The notes under the pieces are model-generated. The model ran no database searches, was not told the origin of the DNA, and was given only the letters and a program-made list of their open reading frames with translations. Of a stretch of DNA of 64,000 nucleotides, positions 20,281 to 32,900 are shown piece by piece. Origin of the DNA: Macrostomum lignano (Eukaryota); assembly GCA_002269645.1 (NCBI GenBank), contig NIVC01000655.1, positions 310,001 through 374,000 on the forward strand, in the 5' to 3' direction. A program made the position numbers and the translations under genes. How positions within the stretch are numbered: position 1 is the first letter of the stretch; each line of letters opens with the position of its first letter.

Positions 20281-20335
20281 GACAGGAGCCTGCAATCAAA
20301 GTAATAAAATTTACGAATAAAATCACACTGCATAG

Positions 20336-23300
20336 CTATTCTGCAGTGGCAGTAGCCTCTCCAGCTCCGCCGCCATCGCCATCATTGCCAGCCTCATCTC
20401 CAGCTTCCCGCGACAAACCCGGCGCAGCTAGCCGATATCGAACCGTAGCGCCACCATTTCTACGCACAAATTCTACTAATTCTTTAGCGCTCCGCTTCCG
20501 GCTGACAACTAAACAGCGGGTGTCATTGTCGCCGCTATAGGACCGGCTGGCCAGGCCCAGCCTGAGGCACTGCGAGTGCACGTATCGGCGCTCCTCGTTG
20601 GTGAAATCCGACGCAAAGAACAGATCGTCGCGATCGGTTGGATCGCGTTGGAAATCGCGCAGGACTCGGCCGACGCCGGTTTGGAAGCTGGCTGAAACGG
20701 CGCCAGTGGCGCCGGAGCCGCCGCTTGCAGAATCGGCGCCCAGACCCGCCCGGCTGACGATGCGGACGTCGTTGGCGACGGGTTCAGCGCGACCCTCAAG
20801 CCGCTTACCGATGCCGCCGACACCCGACCAACCCATGCCTTTGAGCAGGCGGTGGCCAACGTTATCGGAGCCGATTTTCTCTGAAGACAGGGAGGCAGGC
20901 TGGTCGGTTTGAACCGCGTAAGGACTTAGCAGAGAGTGCAATGTGCTCTGCTTTACAACTGACGCTGGCACTAGGTCACTGAGGAATTGATAAGAAGGCC
21001 CAGCAACTGAGGATCTGGGAGGCTGGCCCAGCAACTGAAGGATTTGGGAGGCTGGCCCAGCAACTGAGGATCTGGGAGGCTGGCCCAGCAACTGAGGATT
21101 TGGGAGGCTGGCCCACCAACTGAGGATTTGGGAGATTAGTTAAATTTTAGATAAATAAGTAAAGCAATGCGCTAGAATGCATATTAGATCAGAACTGAAA
21201 AGAATAGTCTGAATAACCAACCATCGTCAGCATTAGCCGCAGCAGTCCTCCCAGCCGCAGACTCCGTGTCGGGCCTAGTAAAGCCGGCATCAGCCTGAGC
21301 CCTGATGAAGGCCCGATCCGAGCGCACAAACAGAGTCCAGCAGCGCTGACGCAGAGCGGCCAGCAGGCCGGCACCGGCCCCGGCTTTAGCCGCCTGCTTA
21401 GTCTCCGCCGACATGGCCGAAACGGGCCAATTATCCAATAAAATAGTGCATCGAAACTGCCTGCTGTTACTACTAGTAGTAGTAGCAGTAGTACTAGACG
21501 CTGGCGTTAATTCTTTAAATTCATAGCACAAAGTTCGCCTGCAAAAATCGGCGGAGCACTTCAGCACATTGGCCGGATTAGAAGCGGCCGAATAGTTGGC
21601 CGCGCTGGCCGAATTGTCGTCTGTTTCAATTTCTCTAAGATAGAAATCGGTCAGGTTGACTCCGCTTAGATCCACTCCGTCGATGTCGGAATTGGACAAA
21701 GCCGGCAGAGCCTTGGCCGCAGTGGCCGATGCTTCCTGCAGTTGCGAATCCAGATCTAGCGGTCGGGGTCGATTGCTGTTGCTGCTGCTTTTAGAAGCAG
21801 AAGGCTCGCATAGTCGCTTCCATGGAGGCTCTTCATTACCGTTGCTTTTAGCAGGGCGTTTCTGGCCTGTCATAGCATTAGGTAGATAATTAGATGAATT
21901 CGGTATCAGGATGAAGCAAGGGTCACCTTGAACTGTTCTAGCATAAAAGGTAAATGAGATAGTTACGCTATATATATAACAAAACGCTATTATCCAACCT
22001 TTATAAGCTAATAAAATTAGTTAATCCAATCCAAGAAATAAGTAACTTTCAACTTTTCTTAAATTAACTTACAGCTGCTATATATATTTTTGAATAGAAA
22101 ACTTATTGAATAGACGAAAATTGTTGTTTAAAGGAAATACTTGTAATATAACCTTTAACTAACTATAAATAATTTAGCAAGTGAATTGAAAACGCATACA
22201 CGTACTACGCTTACCTACTAAGTTAAAAAGGCATGAAACAAGTTCCAGACTACGCAATGTAAGGTAAGCAGTAGCATGTACTATTAAATATCAAAATCGA
22301 GTTAAACAGTTCAATAACGACTTCGCTTATAGGCAGGTTGATCTGCTTGATCCCGCCGATCCTGGCGCTGCTGCTTACCACTGTTATGATGAGCATTGCC
22401 AGATGACGAGCCGTCGCCGCCACCGCCATTCCCAGCTAAGTAGACATCGATAGTGCGAGAGTACTGCTCTACCTGTAAACGAGAACAGAATGTACTTTTA
22501 TATGCGAGTAATCTTCAAATTTGGCGATTTAGACTCCATTATTAATTGATTATTACACCTGTCCTGATGGCAGATGGACAGATGTGCAACCGACAGCTCA
22601 GCCGCAGCTATTGCGTGGCGCACCTGAAGGCTGCGTACGGCTGTTCACTCCAAGCACTGGGGGTGTCGCCCACACCCTCAATTACCCCAGCTAATGCTGG
22701 CACCCGTTATATGGTTGGGTGAACTGAAAGCAATGCAGAGTTGTGTCTTGCTCAAAAACTGGAACAAATTGTTCCAGTGGGATCGGAAATCGAACCTCCG
22801 ACCTTCAAATCGTGAGTACGACGCTCTGACCACTGGGCCACAATCCCAGCTGTATGCCCCCATTGTTAATGCACCATTTAAAGTGACTCTAGTGCACCAA
22901 TTAGAGCGACTCTAGTGCACCAATTAGAGCGACTCTAGTGCACCAATTAGAGCGACTCTAGTGCGCCAATTAGAGCGACTCTAGTGCGCCAATTAGAGCG
23001 ACTCTAGTGCACCAATTAGAGCGACTCTAGTGCACCAATTAGAGCGACTCAAGTGCACCAATTAGAGCGACTCTAGTGCACCAATTAGAGCGACTCTAGT
23101 GCGCCAATTAGAGCGACTCTAGTGAATTAATTAGAGCGACTCTAGTGCACCAATTAGAGCGACTCTAGTGCACCAGTGGAACTGAATACCATCAATGCCA
23201 CAATAAAAATATGCAATTCGCAAAATCAATGTCACACTCGCCTCATCCATCACTCGTTCCGGGTACACAGCACCGTGCAGACTACTATTCACATAGCAAT

Positions 23301-23430
23301 GCGACAGGCAGACCAGCCTGTCAAACGGCAACTGATTGAAATTCATCTGCAGGAACGCCTGCCGACGCTTCCATTCCGTAGGATTTTCGAATTCTTTGCG
23401 CAGACTATTGATTAGTTCACTAGCAGACAT
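20336..23430 (-). CDS. NKRF: NF-kappa-B-repressing factor-like (XTBD + dsRBD-like + G-patch + R3H)
   Basis: Exons 23430-~23242/23236 (XTBD-like: LRKEFENPTEWKRRQAFL..DRLVCLSHCYVN..YPERVM), 22472-22379, 21866-~21222/21218 (dsRBD-like QFRCTILLDNWPVS..ETKQAAK), ~21004/20978-20336 (G-patch IGSDNVGHRLLKGMGW..GIGK; R3H FTNEERRYVH). This domain order is characteristic of NKRF. The last intron's boundaries are ambiguous. Confidence 0.85.
20995..21135. repeat. 28-bp minisatellite GCTGGCCCAGCAACTGAGGATCTGGGAG in NKRF intron 3
   Basis: About 5 copies; same family as 62625-62950 in the opposite orientation. Confidence 0.92.
22547..22859 (-). mobile_element. Full-length tRNA-derived SINE (~310 bp) in NKRF intron 1
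   Basis: tRNA-like head 22847-22778 (A-box TGGCCCAGTGGT, B-box GGTTCGATT, acceptor stem GGGATTG/CGATCCC, CAC anticodon loop), a body, and a GTGTAATAAT tail. 11-bp TSD CCATT(A/G)TTAAT at 22536-22546 and 22860-22870. The 3' half recurs at 58865-58975. Confidence 0.82.
22885..23175. repeat. 23-bp minisatellite GCGACTCTAGTGCACCAATTAGA in NKRF intron 1
   Basis: About 12 near-identical copies, no spacers. Confidence 0.96.
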
Positions 23431-25083
23431 AATTACTGTTACTGCAGTGTTGGTGCTGGATTCAGAAAAGTTGAAATCAATGAAAAAATGTTTTTATTAA
23501 CAGCTAGTCTTGTGCCTTATCTACACTTACTGCGAAAATTTAATCTGCACCAAAATGCCCCTTAATTATTTGATAAAATAGTTAAAAGTCCACCCCTATA
23601 GGGGATGAGTGTTAAATTTAATCGAGATTGTAAACTAATTAAGTAGCCACAACTAAATGGGGATAAGCTTAGTGGAATGCTTCTTCCGACAAAACAAGAA
23701 AATCGATAATTTGCCTCCCTGACTCACCCACCACCCCCTAAATAATATAAGACGTAACTGTCGTGTTTGAGGGGGATTAGAAAGTTAAGGCTTGATGGTC
23801 TTAAGCGCCTACCAATAAAAAATCGATACGCCGCACCGACCAACCCCCTACTAGGGAAGGAATATTATGAATAGTAAAGATAAGACGGTGTGTGAATTGA
23901 AGGTCAAACTAGAAAATCGATAATGTTCACCCAGACTAAAAGAGATGGATTGTGAGTGACACTAAAATCGGGTTAGGGAGATTAAAAGCCCATCAACTGC
24001 ACGAGCCACGAATAGATAGTCTTCAAGCTTCTTTCGTGTGTTAACTTCTTGATTTTTATTTTTCCTTTTTCTAAAACGACTAAAAGCTTACGTTAAAATT
24101 AAAAAACGAGCCATCTTTCATAAGTGAAGTGACACTATACTCACCAAAACATTCTGGGGTGTAGTTAGTTCTCTGACAGGTAGTTCTGATTTAACCAGAC
24201 AAAACTAATCTTGTAGTTGTAATATGCTACTATATAAAGTTATAGCAACCACCCAAAATCATGAAGCGCAAATAAAAAGCTAATTAGGGTAAAAAGATAA
24301 AATTAGAATTTATTTAAATTATGATAAAATACAACGAATAAGACTAACAAAAAATAATGGATAGGTGATTTCGGAAGTATCGTAGTTAAAAACAACATGA
24401 AAGAAGAAATACGCGCATCAGAATCTTGGAAGAGCGTAATTTAAAAGGATAATGTAGGGAAAAATACCCCAAAACCAGCCCACATACCTAAAATATAGTT
24501 ATTAATGTTTATTAATATCACAGATGGTATCAATAAATGTACTAATAAAAGCACAAAAATGATACTTATATATAAAAATACAACGCATTAATAAATATTT
24601 TCTTCAGTTTGACATTACCAACCAGTTGTTATAGCCAATAAAATAAAAGAACTTTAAAATAAAAATGTTAGGACGGATTACATCGCATAAAACTGCTTTG
24701 CTTTGATATTCTTCAGTTGCCGTAGAAAATCTAAAAAAGTCAATATAGCTAAGAAAGTTTTGTTTCCTGGAAAATATTTAAAAGCCCAATGTCTCGCTGT
24801 TGGCTTCTTAAAAAACGAAAGCCTTATCATCTTAGAAACGAAACGTCCCACCATATTACTTCTAGTAGCATAAAAAATATGTTGGAATAACTATAGCTAA
24901 AATTGACGGATAATAGATGTACTGGCGCTAAATAATTACTGACTGACAAAAAACATATAAATAGGTTATTTTCTTTAAGATTAAGCATTCATTAAAGCCG
25001 TAGTGATAACTTTGCACTTTTGTTAATTCAAAGTCCCAAATTCAAGCGCAGCAAATAAACTTGCAAATTAAAAAAGACCAGTC

Positions 25084-28000
25084 TTAAACCATAGAATCAT
25101 CGATAGTTGGTGAAGCCAGCATGTCCAACACGAAGTCTTCTGCGTGCTGCTGATGCTGCTGTTGTACCCCAGTCGCCATAGTCAAATGCGGCGGCGCCAA
25201 AGCCGATGATGTCGACGACGACGACGATGCTTGAGAAAACGGCGGTCGCGACGGCCTCGAAGTCAACGGCGGCGGTGGTGGCGGCGGCTGCATCGAAGCG
25301 AGAGTGGAACCGCCAGCAGCAGTAGCAGCAGCAGCAGCAGAAGCCGCAGTTGGAGTCCCCGACTGAGTCAGCAGTGCAGCGTAGACCGCCCGCAGACGAC
25401 TGGCGCAACTTTCGGCGGCCTCGTCGAGATCTGGCAGCATCGGGGCCGGATAGTGCCGACCGATGATGCAGCCGGCGGCTTCTTGTACAGCCGGTGGAGC
25501 CAGCCAGGGCTCGTGCAGGTAGCGGGTTGGCAGGCGGGCCAGCTGCGGCAGGTAGTGACGGATGTAGTCGCCCTGAAATACACGATTAGTTTTGCCGAAT
25601 ATTTGAGGCGTTTTTTTATCTGCAACGCTGAAAGGCGCTTCTGCAATGACTCTGGGGCTGTAGAGTCGTATCTGAGGCGTGCTAGAGTTGCTGTAGAATC
25701 ACCGATTTTCGTATGAAAGAAGCGTCACGAAAAAATAAAATAAACGTCATGTCAAAGATATAAGCATATTGAAAAAAAGTGACATAAAGCGTCATGTCAG
25801 ATGTGAGAGTCAAGGCTTACATGTACGGGGGGATTGCTGAGATGTCAAGGCTGATGCGAGGGGAGGCTAAGATGTCAAGGATGAAGTCATAAGCTACATG
25901 TACGTAGTTTATTAAAAAATGTATTTAATTCCTCGTTGGCTCCCCAACGGGTACGCTGATTTCTAGTATAACAACCCTATCTAGTCTACTTGAGTTAGCA
26001 GCAAGTTAAGCGCCTGGACGACTTTTTCGCCGCTATTTTACGATTCTACAAGTCAAATGATGCGCTCTTGACTTAACAGTCGTCTCTCCGCTGGATTACA
26101 GTCGTTTGAGTCATTAAAAAGTAATTAGAGTCGCCCCAGAGTCGCTAGAGTCACCAGTGATTTTTGCAATGACTTTTTAGCGATTTTTGTCACGACAGGT
26201 AACGCTTTCAATGGATATAATTGAATGAATGAAAATTACACCAAGCTTACCTGCGGATCAAGCTTCCGGCCGGCAATCACAGGCGAATAGGCGCAGCCGA
26301 ATGCCTGAAAGAAAGCGCTGCCAGACATCCAGAGCCACAAGCCGTTGTTAGTTGGCCATTCGGCGTCAATAAGAAGCTGCTCAAATAGCTTGGCACCGTC
26401 TTCCCAGTTCTAGGAGAAAAGTTTAATTTTTTTCAGTATAACAATATGGGATTAAGCTCCCATATCAAGATGTGATTAAGTGTGGGATTAAGCTACCTTA
26501 TCAAGATGGGATCTAGTGTGGGATTAAGCTCCCATATCAAGATGGGATCTAGTGTGGGATTAGCTCCCATATCAAGATGGGATCTAGTGTGGGATTAAGG
26601 TCCCATATCAAGATGGGATCTAGTGTGGGATTAAGCTCCCATATCAAGATGGGATATAGTGTGGGATTAGCTCTCATATCAAGATGGGATTTAGTGTGGG
26701 ATTAAGCTCCCATATCAAGGTAGGATACGGTGTGATTATAAGCTTCTAGCAGATGAAATTACGCATACCAACAGCTTATTTGCCAGAACTAACCTGAAAC
26801 AGGTGGCCTCTAGTTAAAAAAGCCACAGCCGAATACCGGCAATATGGATGTGCCCAGCCTTCCAATCTGATCTGAGTCATAATTGCGTCAATCCAGGGCA
26901 CCCCAGTCCGGGCGGTTGACCAAGCGCCAAAGGCGGCTTGATCCCGACACCAGGGTATCGGCAAGCACATTGGATTGCCTTCTAATCGATCAAAATTCGG
27001 ATTAGCGTGCGCGGTCAAATAAAGATACTCGCGCCATAATAATTCGCCATAGATGTGCAACGGCGGCGGCTGCGCGGACGAGCCGCCTTTGATCTTTCGA
27101 TAAAGATCGGTTAATTGGGCGTAGACTAATTTAGGCGACAAACAGCCGAAAGCCAGGTGACTTGATAAGCAAGTGCCAGACGGCATTAATAATTGGCTCT
27201 GATAGCGAGGCTTGCCGCCGTAGGTGGCCACCCATGATCGGCGCTCCATGTGGCGAGTAAGCCTGGCCAGGGCTTCAGTCTCGCCGCCTCTAATTAGCAC
27301 AGGTGTTGGCTGATAATTAGCCTCATCTTGGTCCAATCCCAATTCGCCTAGCGTCGGCAAGTTGAAAGCGTCTTCGTCAATAAATGAAGCGGCATTGCAG
27401 GTATTGCCGTTACTACTACTACTGGTTTTATTATTATTACTAAAGCTGTTGCTGAGGCCCCGGTGAAAGCCTGGATGCAACTGAGGTGTCAGCGGCGGCG
27501 GAGGCGGCGGCAGCGTAGCAGCTTCATCTTGGAGGCTGGGACAGGGCGCCGGCGGCGAGCCCACGGTCAGTAGGAGGCGGTGAAATTTAGCAAAAGTCAA
27601 CGGCAGTTCACCGCCAGAGGCCTGTTTTTAGGTCAGAACGGTGGCTATATTGGTGTTTGATAAAAGCTGAATGTGTTTAGCACAGCTGGAGAAATGTTAT
27701 ATCATATATCCTGATAGTTATTCATATTTTAGCTTATACTTGTATCAACGTAAGGCAATGTAGCAGCTCGCCTGACGGTTTTAGTCTACCCTCTTGAGTA
27801 CCCGCACCAGATATTTAGTCCCACACCTTTGGTCTCAAACCTCAGATTCCCCTTCAATCAATCCCAAACCTCAAGTCCCTCACCTTCAATCCTGAATCGA
27901 GTCCCTCACCTTCAATCCCGAAACCTCGAGTCCCTCACCTTCAATCCCGAAACCTCGAGTACCTCATCTTCAATCCCGAAACCCCGAGTCCCTCACCTTC

Positions 28001-29062
28001 AATCCCGAAACCTCGAGTCCCTCACCTTCAATCCCGAGTACCTCACCTTCAATCCCGAAACCTCGAGTCCCTCACCTTCAATCCCGAAACCCCGAGTCCC
28101 TCACCTTCAATCCCGAAACCCCGAGTCCCTCACCTTCAATCCTGAAACCTCGAGTCCCTCACCTTCAATCCCGAAACCCCGAGTCCCTCACCTTCAATCC
28201 TGAAACCTCGAGTCCCTCACCTTCAATCCCGAAACCCCGAGTACCTCACCTTCAATCCCGAAACCTCGAGTCCCTCACCTTCAATCCCGAAACCCGAGTA
28301 CCTCACCTACAATCCCGAAACCCCGAGTACCTCATCTTCAATCCCGAAACCCCGAGTACCTCACCTTCAATCCCGAAACCCCGAATCCCTCACCTTCAAT
28401 CCCGAAACCCCGAGTCCCTCACCTTCAATCCCGAAACCCCGAGTCCCTCACCTTCAAACCTAAACATCGAGGATCTTTCATTGTTTCTTTCAAATTCGAA
28501 ATTCCGCACATAAAAAGCAGATCAGAATGGCACAACCGCTCACCTGCATGAGCACCTGCTGACTATAAAGAGTTTGAGAACAGCCGCGCAGCACAGTAAC
28601 GCCCAACTCGTGCGCCAGCTTAGTAACAGCCGAGTCTCTATCCCTACCCAAAGGTGTACAATCCTCTTCAAAGCTCAAATGACTGGCTCCCCATAGCGGC
28701 AGCAGACGCCTAAACGCTTCCAAAGGTTGACCGCGAACAACAAATAATCTGGAGCCTAATCGTCTCAACGACTCGTCAAGATCGCGGAGACAATCAACCA
28801 GGAAGCGCCATTTATTAGCCGCCAGGTATCGATGCTGCTGATGCCGTTCAAGCTGACAATCTAGCAGGAATACGCAGCGCAAATTGTCTGCCTGACGAGC
28901 TGCAGCCAACAATGAGGCATTGTCGTGTAGTCGAAGATCTCTGCGAAACCAATGCACGGCATGTTTAACACCGCCACCGCTCATTGCTGGACCGTCTAAT
29001 GTCATCCAATGATCATCATTTGGACTATTACTATCTGTTATGCAGTTCTGCATGCGCTCCAT
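25084..29062 (-). CDS. cry: Cryptochrome (CRY/photolyase family, vertebrate/type-2 CRY-like), divergent, with low-complexity C-terminal tail
   Basis: Exons 29062 (or 28984)-28544, 27621-26794, 26409-26251, 25572-25084, all phase-0 GT/AG. Motifs VHWFRRDLRLHDN, NKWRFL, FVVRGQP, GGETEALARLTRHMERRSWVA, FGCLS, LTDLYRKIK, LLWREY, EGNP..IPW, RTGVPWIDAIMTQ, WEDG, GDYIRHYLP, EPW. Confidence 0.93.
26445..26720. repeat. ~35-36-bp minisatellite GTGTGGGATTAAGCTCCCATATCAAGATGGGATCTA in cry intron 2
   Basis: About 8 tandem copies. Confidence 0.93.
27835..28460. repeat. 29-bp minisatellite GTCCCTCACCTTCAATCCCGAAACCTCGA in cry intron 1
   Basis: About 21 copies, period 29. Confidence 0.96.
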
Positions 29063-31602
29063 TGGAGTGGCGCTCAGGAATATTATAAGCAAGCATCCAT
29101 TAACCTAAAGCAGTAGATTAAGACTGTAGAGAAACAATTTACCTAGTACGAGTATGAGTATAGGTGTCATCAAGGTCAATCTAATTTATGCAATTTGTGC
29201 CTTGCTCAAGGTTTAAATCCTAACTAATACTATAGGAAGCAATTTAGTGATGTACTGGGGTTTTTTCATCTGGGTGTTACAAGCTAGGTCATATTTGGAA
29301 AACTTCTTCAACCTATACTAGTTGTTTGCAACTTAGTTTGCTTTAGTAGTATAGTTGACTTTTATATTTTTTCTAATGCATCTTTGATTTGTTTTTTCTT
29401 TGCCTTGCTCTTTTGTTGTCCCTTTTCTCTTCATTTTTTGGGGAGGAGGATTTCATATACCTTTGGTATTGGTAACCAACAAAGTTGGTCTGGCTAGCAT
29501 AAATTTTGGTGGACCAAAGATAAATTGCAATGTTTTTATCAGTTTTCAGTTAAGTTTAAATTTTTTAATATACATTTTTAGATTTTGAATATTATTAGCC
29601 TACCTTCTCTTAGGTAATCTTTTAAAAAAATGATTCTAGTAGACATAGGTCACTTTGTTAATCATGGTCATTAGCATAATATTTTTTTAAAGACTAGAGT
29701 CTTATTTCAATAAAAAGATCATTTATTTTTGTGATCCCCAAATTTAATACCAATAAGCTTTAAGATAGCTTTGGGCCTATACATGCCTAAGACCCTTTTA
29801 GAGATAGATTATAAGTCTATCCTGAAGACTAGTACAATATAAAAATGGTAAAAAATGGTAAATGGTAAATGGTAATGGTAAAAAATGATAAAGATGGTAA
29901 AAAATGGTACAATATATAAACTTTAGGCTATAACATAGATATGCAATTAAAACTTTTTAGGTTTTTAAATTATACATGTAAACTGGAATAACACAAACTA
30001 TTTGTGTACATAATTTGCAACAAGAATATGAAAATGGTATGCAACAAACTAGGTAGCCTAAATGTTGCAATCATCATATTGTTTTATTAGAATAAAATGG
30101 AATTAAGCCATATGCATAGTGGAAAACATATAGAACATACAATGGAAAATGGACTTTTCCAAAGAAAATTCTGGCATACACAAAGGGGTTTTAGATTTTG
30201 CATTTTTTGCATTTTATTCTACATAGTTTTACTTCTACATTTTCTAGCTTGGCAGTCTAATTACGAGTATTTGGTTGCAATTGCCACTGTTTGTTAATAA
30301 TGGTATATAGTTAAACTATTATCATATTTTGTATGGTTTGTATATTGTTTGTTTAGTCAAGCTTTTTGGCAAATTGCCCAACAAACTGCTCAGAAAGCTG
30401 TCAGCACAAGCAGTGCTAGAGATGAAGATAAGGAGTCAGCAGAAATTTAGAAGAAAAATTGGCCATTAGAACTAGAGCCAAAGAAGTCTAATGCCTTGAT
30501 GAGCAGAAGTATAATGCCTTGATGAGAAAGTACAAACAGAAGATGCTATCTTGGCAAGTGAAGAAAAGGAACTTAGAAAAGATAAAGGACAAGCTAGCTA
30601 AGAAGAAGCATTAATTAGGAAACAAAAAGTGAAACAAAAAATTTATTTAAAGACTTAATGTAAGATGTTTCATGGGCATAGCCTATAACAATTTTATTGT
30701 TTATATATAATATATTTACAAAGGCTATCCATTATCCAAAAAGTAATGTTACTTTTCATTATATTTCTTGTTCTGCTGATCCAAATAATATTATTTTGCA
30801 TAGATTTATAGCAGCAATTCTCTCTTTATATTTTAACTTTAACATTATTAAAAACAGACAATGGAAACAAAAGTTATAAACTAAAATGTAGCAGGACCTT
30901 GACAATAGACCAATACACTTAGAGCAGAGCATAGGCCTAGCTAAAAAATTACAACAATTCTATAGGGCTACCAGTCAATCTGGCAAAAGACAATCTAGCA
31001 AAAGATTTTGTATTCTAGATTTTATGGATTTTAGATATAAACAAAACTTTACATGAATATAGTTTTTAATTTTATATGTAGACAATTCATTTTAGGATGG
31101 GCAATAGCCAATATCTTTTCTGAAAAATGGTGTAAATTATGGCAGTACTTCTGACATAGACCTAATTTAGAGTGTCACATTATATCAAATCTTTAATTTA
31201 AATATAATGTATCTGATTAGGCCTATAATTATAAAACATGTAGGCATGAGACACATTTAGTAAAAATTAAAAATGCATCAATTTAATGCAGTTTCCCATT
31301 TTTTAAGCAATATTAGGCCTAGGCTATCATTATAAGAAAACACCATATTTTGCAGACTTAAAATGTTGCAAAATGTTGTTTAACAATTAACTTTTGCCAA
31401 CATATTTTCAGACACATCTTCCAACACTTAAATTAATGCTGCAGAAAGTGTTTAAAAGTGTCATTTCACAAATTGTCAGCAGGGACGGTGGAGCCCAATA
31501 TTTAAGGGGGACACTAGACACAGGGCAAGGGGGGCACAGGTACCTTTATAAGCTGCTAATTAGGACCTAAAATCAGAAAAACACAAAAAATTACCACGTG
31601 GA

Positions 31603-32075
31603 CCATAGTTAAGAAGGTGGCATGTGTACGCCGGAATGAAATTTTGGCAGGGCTACCTATGTACGCCAAATGTAACCATATGTACACCGAATATACCGTA
31701 ATGCACGCCGAATATAGGCCCTACCATAATGCACCCATGCACGCTGATTAGTTAATTGTTTATCAGCTTTTTAGGACGCTGAATTTGTTTAACTGAAGAT
31801 GTTAAAATTAAAATGACCATTTTAAATTACCGTAAAGTTTTGGCAGAGATTTAAATAAGAATATACGGTAGACATAATAGAGAATTAGCACTGCCTCATA
31901 TGCCAACCTTATATCCCATATCATGCCACATATTTGCGGCATACATGGCATAAGCTGAATGTACGCCAACTGTTGCAAGGCAGACCAAATGTACGCCGAA
32001 TGTACGCCAAATATCTTTGGCTATGCCTATGCACGCCAGAATTTTCGACGAAAAAGGCCACCTTCCTGACTATGG
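31603..32075. mobile_element. 473-bp MITE, CC..GG termini, 19-bp TIR, 8-bp TSD CACGTGGA
   Basis: CCATAGTTAAGAAGGTGGC versus the reverse complement of GCCACCTTCCTGACTATGG (2 mismatches); TSD at 31595-31602 and 32076-32083; internal ATGTACGCC motifs. It sits inside further inverted repeats (31389-31421 / 32217-32249). Confidence 0.8.
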
Positions 32076-32900
32076 CACGTGGACTAATTTTCTGGGGGGG
32101 CCCTTGGTGCCACAATCTCCCATCCCGCCGTCCATGATGGTTAGGTTAGCCCTAACTTTTGCCAACAGATCTTCCAAAACTTTTTGTGACATTTTAAATG
32201 TTGTAAAAATTTTTTGGAAGATGTGTCTGAAAATGTGTTGGCGAAAGTTATACAGGTTAAAAAACAAGCTATTAAAACCTGCCCATTTTGAACCAACCCA
32301 CACTCCAATTGGACCAATTCAATGCAATCCAATTCAAATTTGCAATTCTCGGAACTATTTTTGCATACTATATTAAAATAAAAAGTAGTTATTATTATTA
32401 ACAAAAGCAACAACTATTAGTAGTTATAACAATCAAAGCTCTATAATATTAATATGTTCAAATGCCTATAGCCGATTAACATATACATAGTACATGTAGG
32501 CCTTAGGCCTATAGCTTTTTACTACACCTTCCTTGTCGCCAGATTGACTGTCGCCGCATCGTCTGTCGCTGGATCGTCCTGTCGCCGGATTCACTGGATA
32601 CCTTCTACAGCATGGCCAAAAGAATCGAAAAAAATTATCTACACAACACAACAATACAACATGCCTTTGAAATGTTAACCTTTTTTATGTGCGTTATTCT
32701 TCGAAACATTTAACATTTCTTATAAAAATTCAAACATTCTAAATGCTACACGTTAAAACACAATAACCATGTTACATAAGCGCAAGACTGTCTTTTATAG
32801 ACAAAAAAGATATGTAATAAATAAATTTAACGAGGAGAACACAGAACTTTTGTGGTTTTGTGTCAGCATCATGTTCAGAATTTTTTATTTTACATTTTTA

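Noticed and set aside
22778-22847. Functional tRNA-Val(CAC) gene
   Set aside because: Only ~70 nt, with mismatches in the D and anticodon stems and a short T arm; it is embedded in a TSD-flanked element, so it is treated as a SINE head.
25231-25716. Plus-strand 161-aa ORF and similar antisense ORFs over GC-rich exons (1569-1925, 20598-20912, 44484-44921)
   Set aside because: Antisense shadows of real GC-rich coding exons.
25084-29062. (6-4) photolyase assignment
   Set aside because: Both catalytic His positions are substituted (HHLARH to HPYCRY) and type-2 CRY-like motifs are present.
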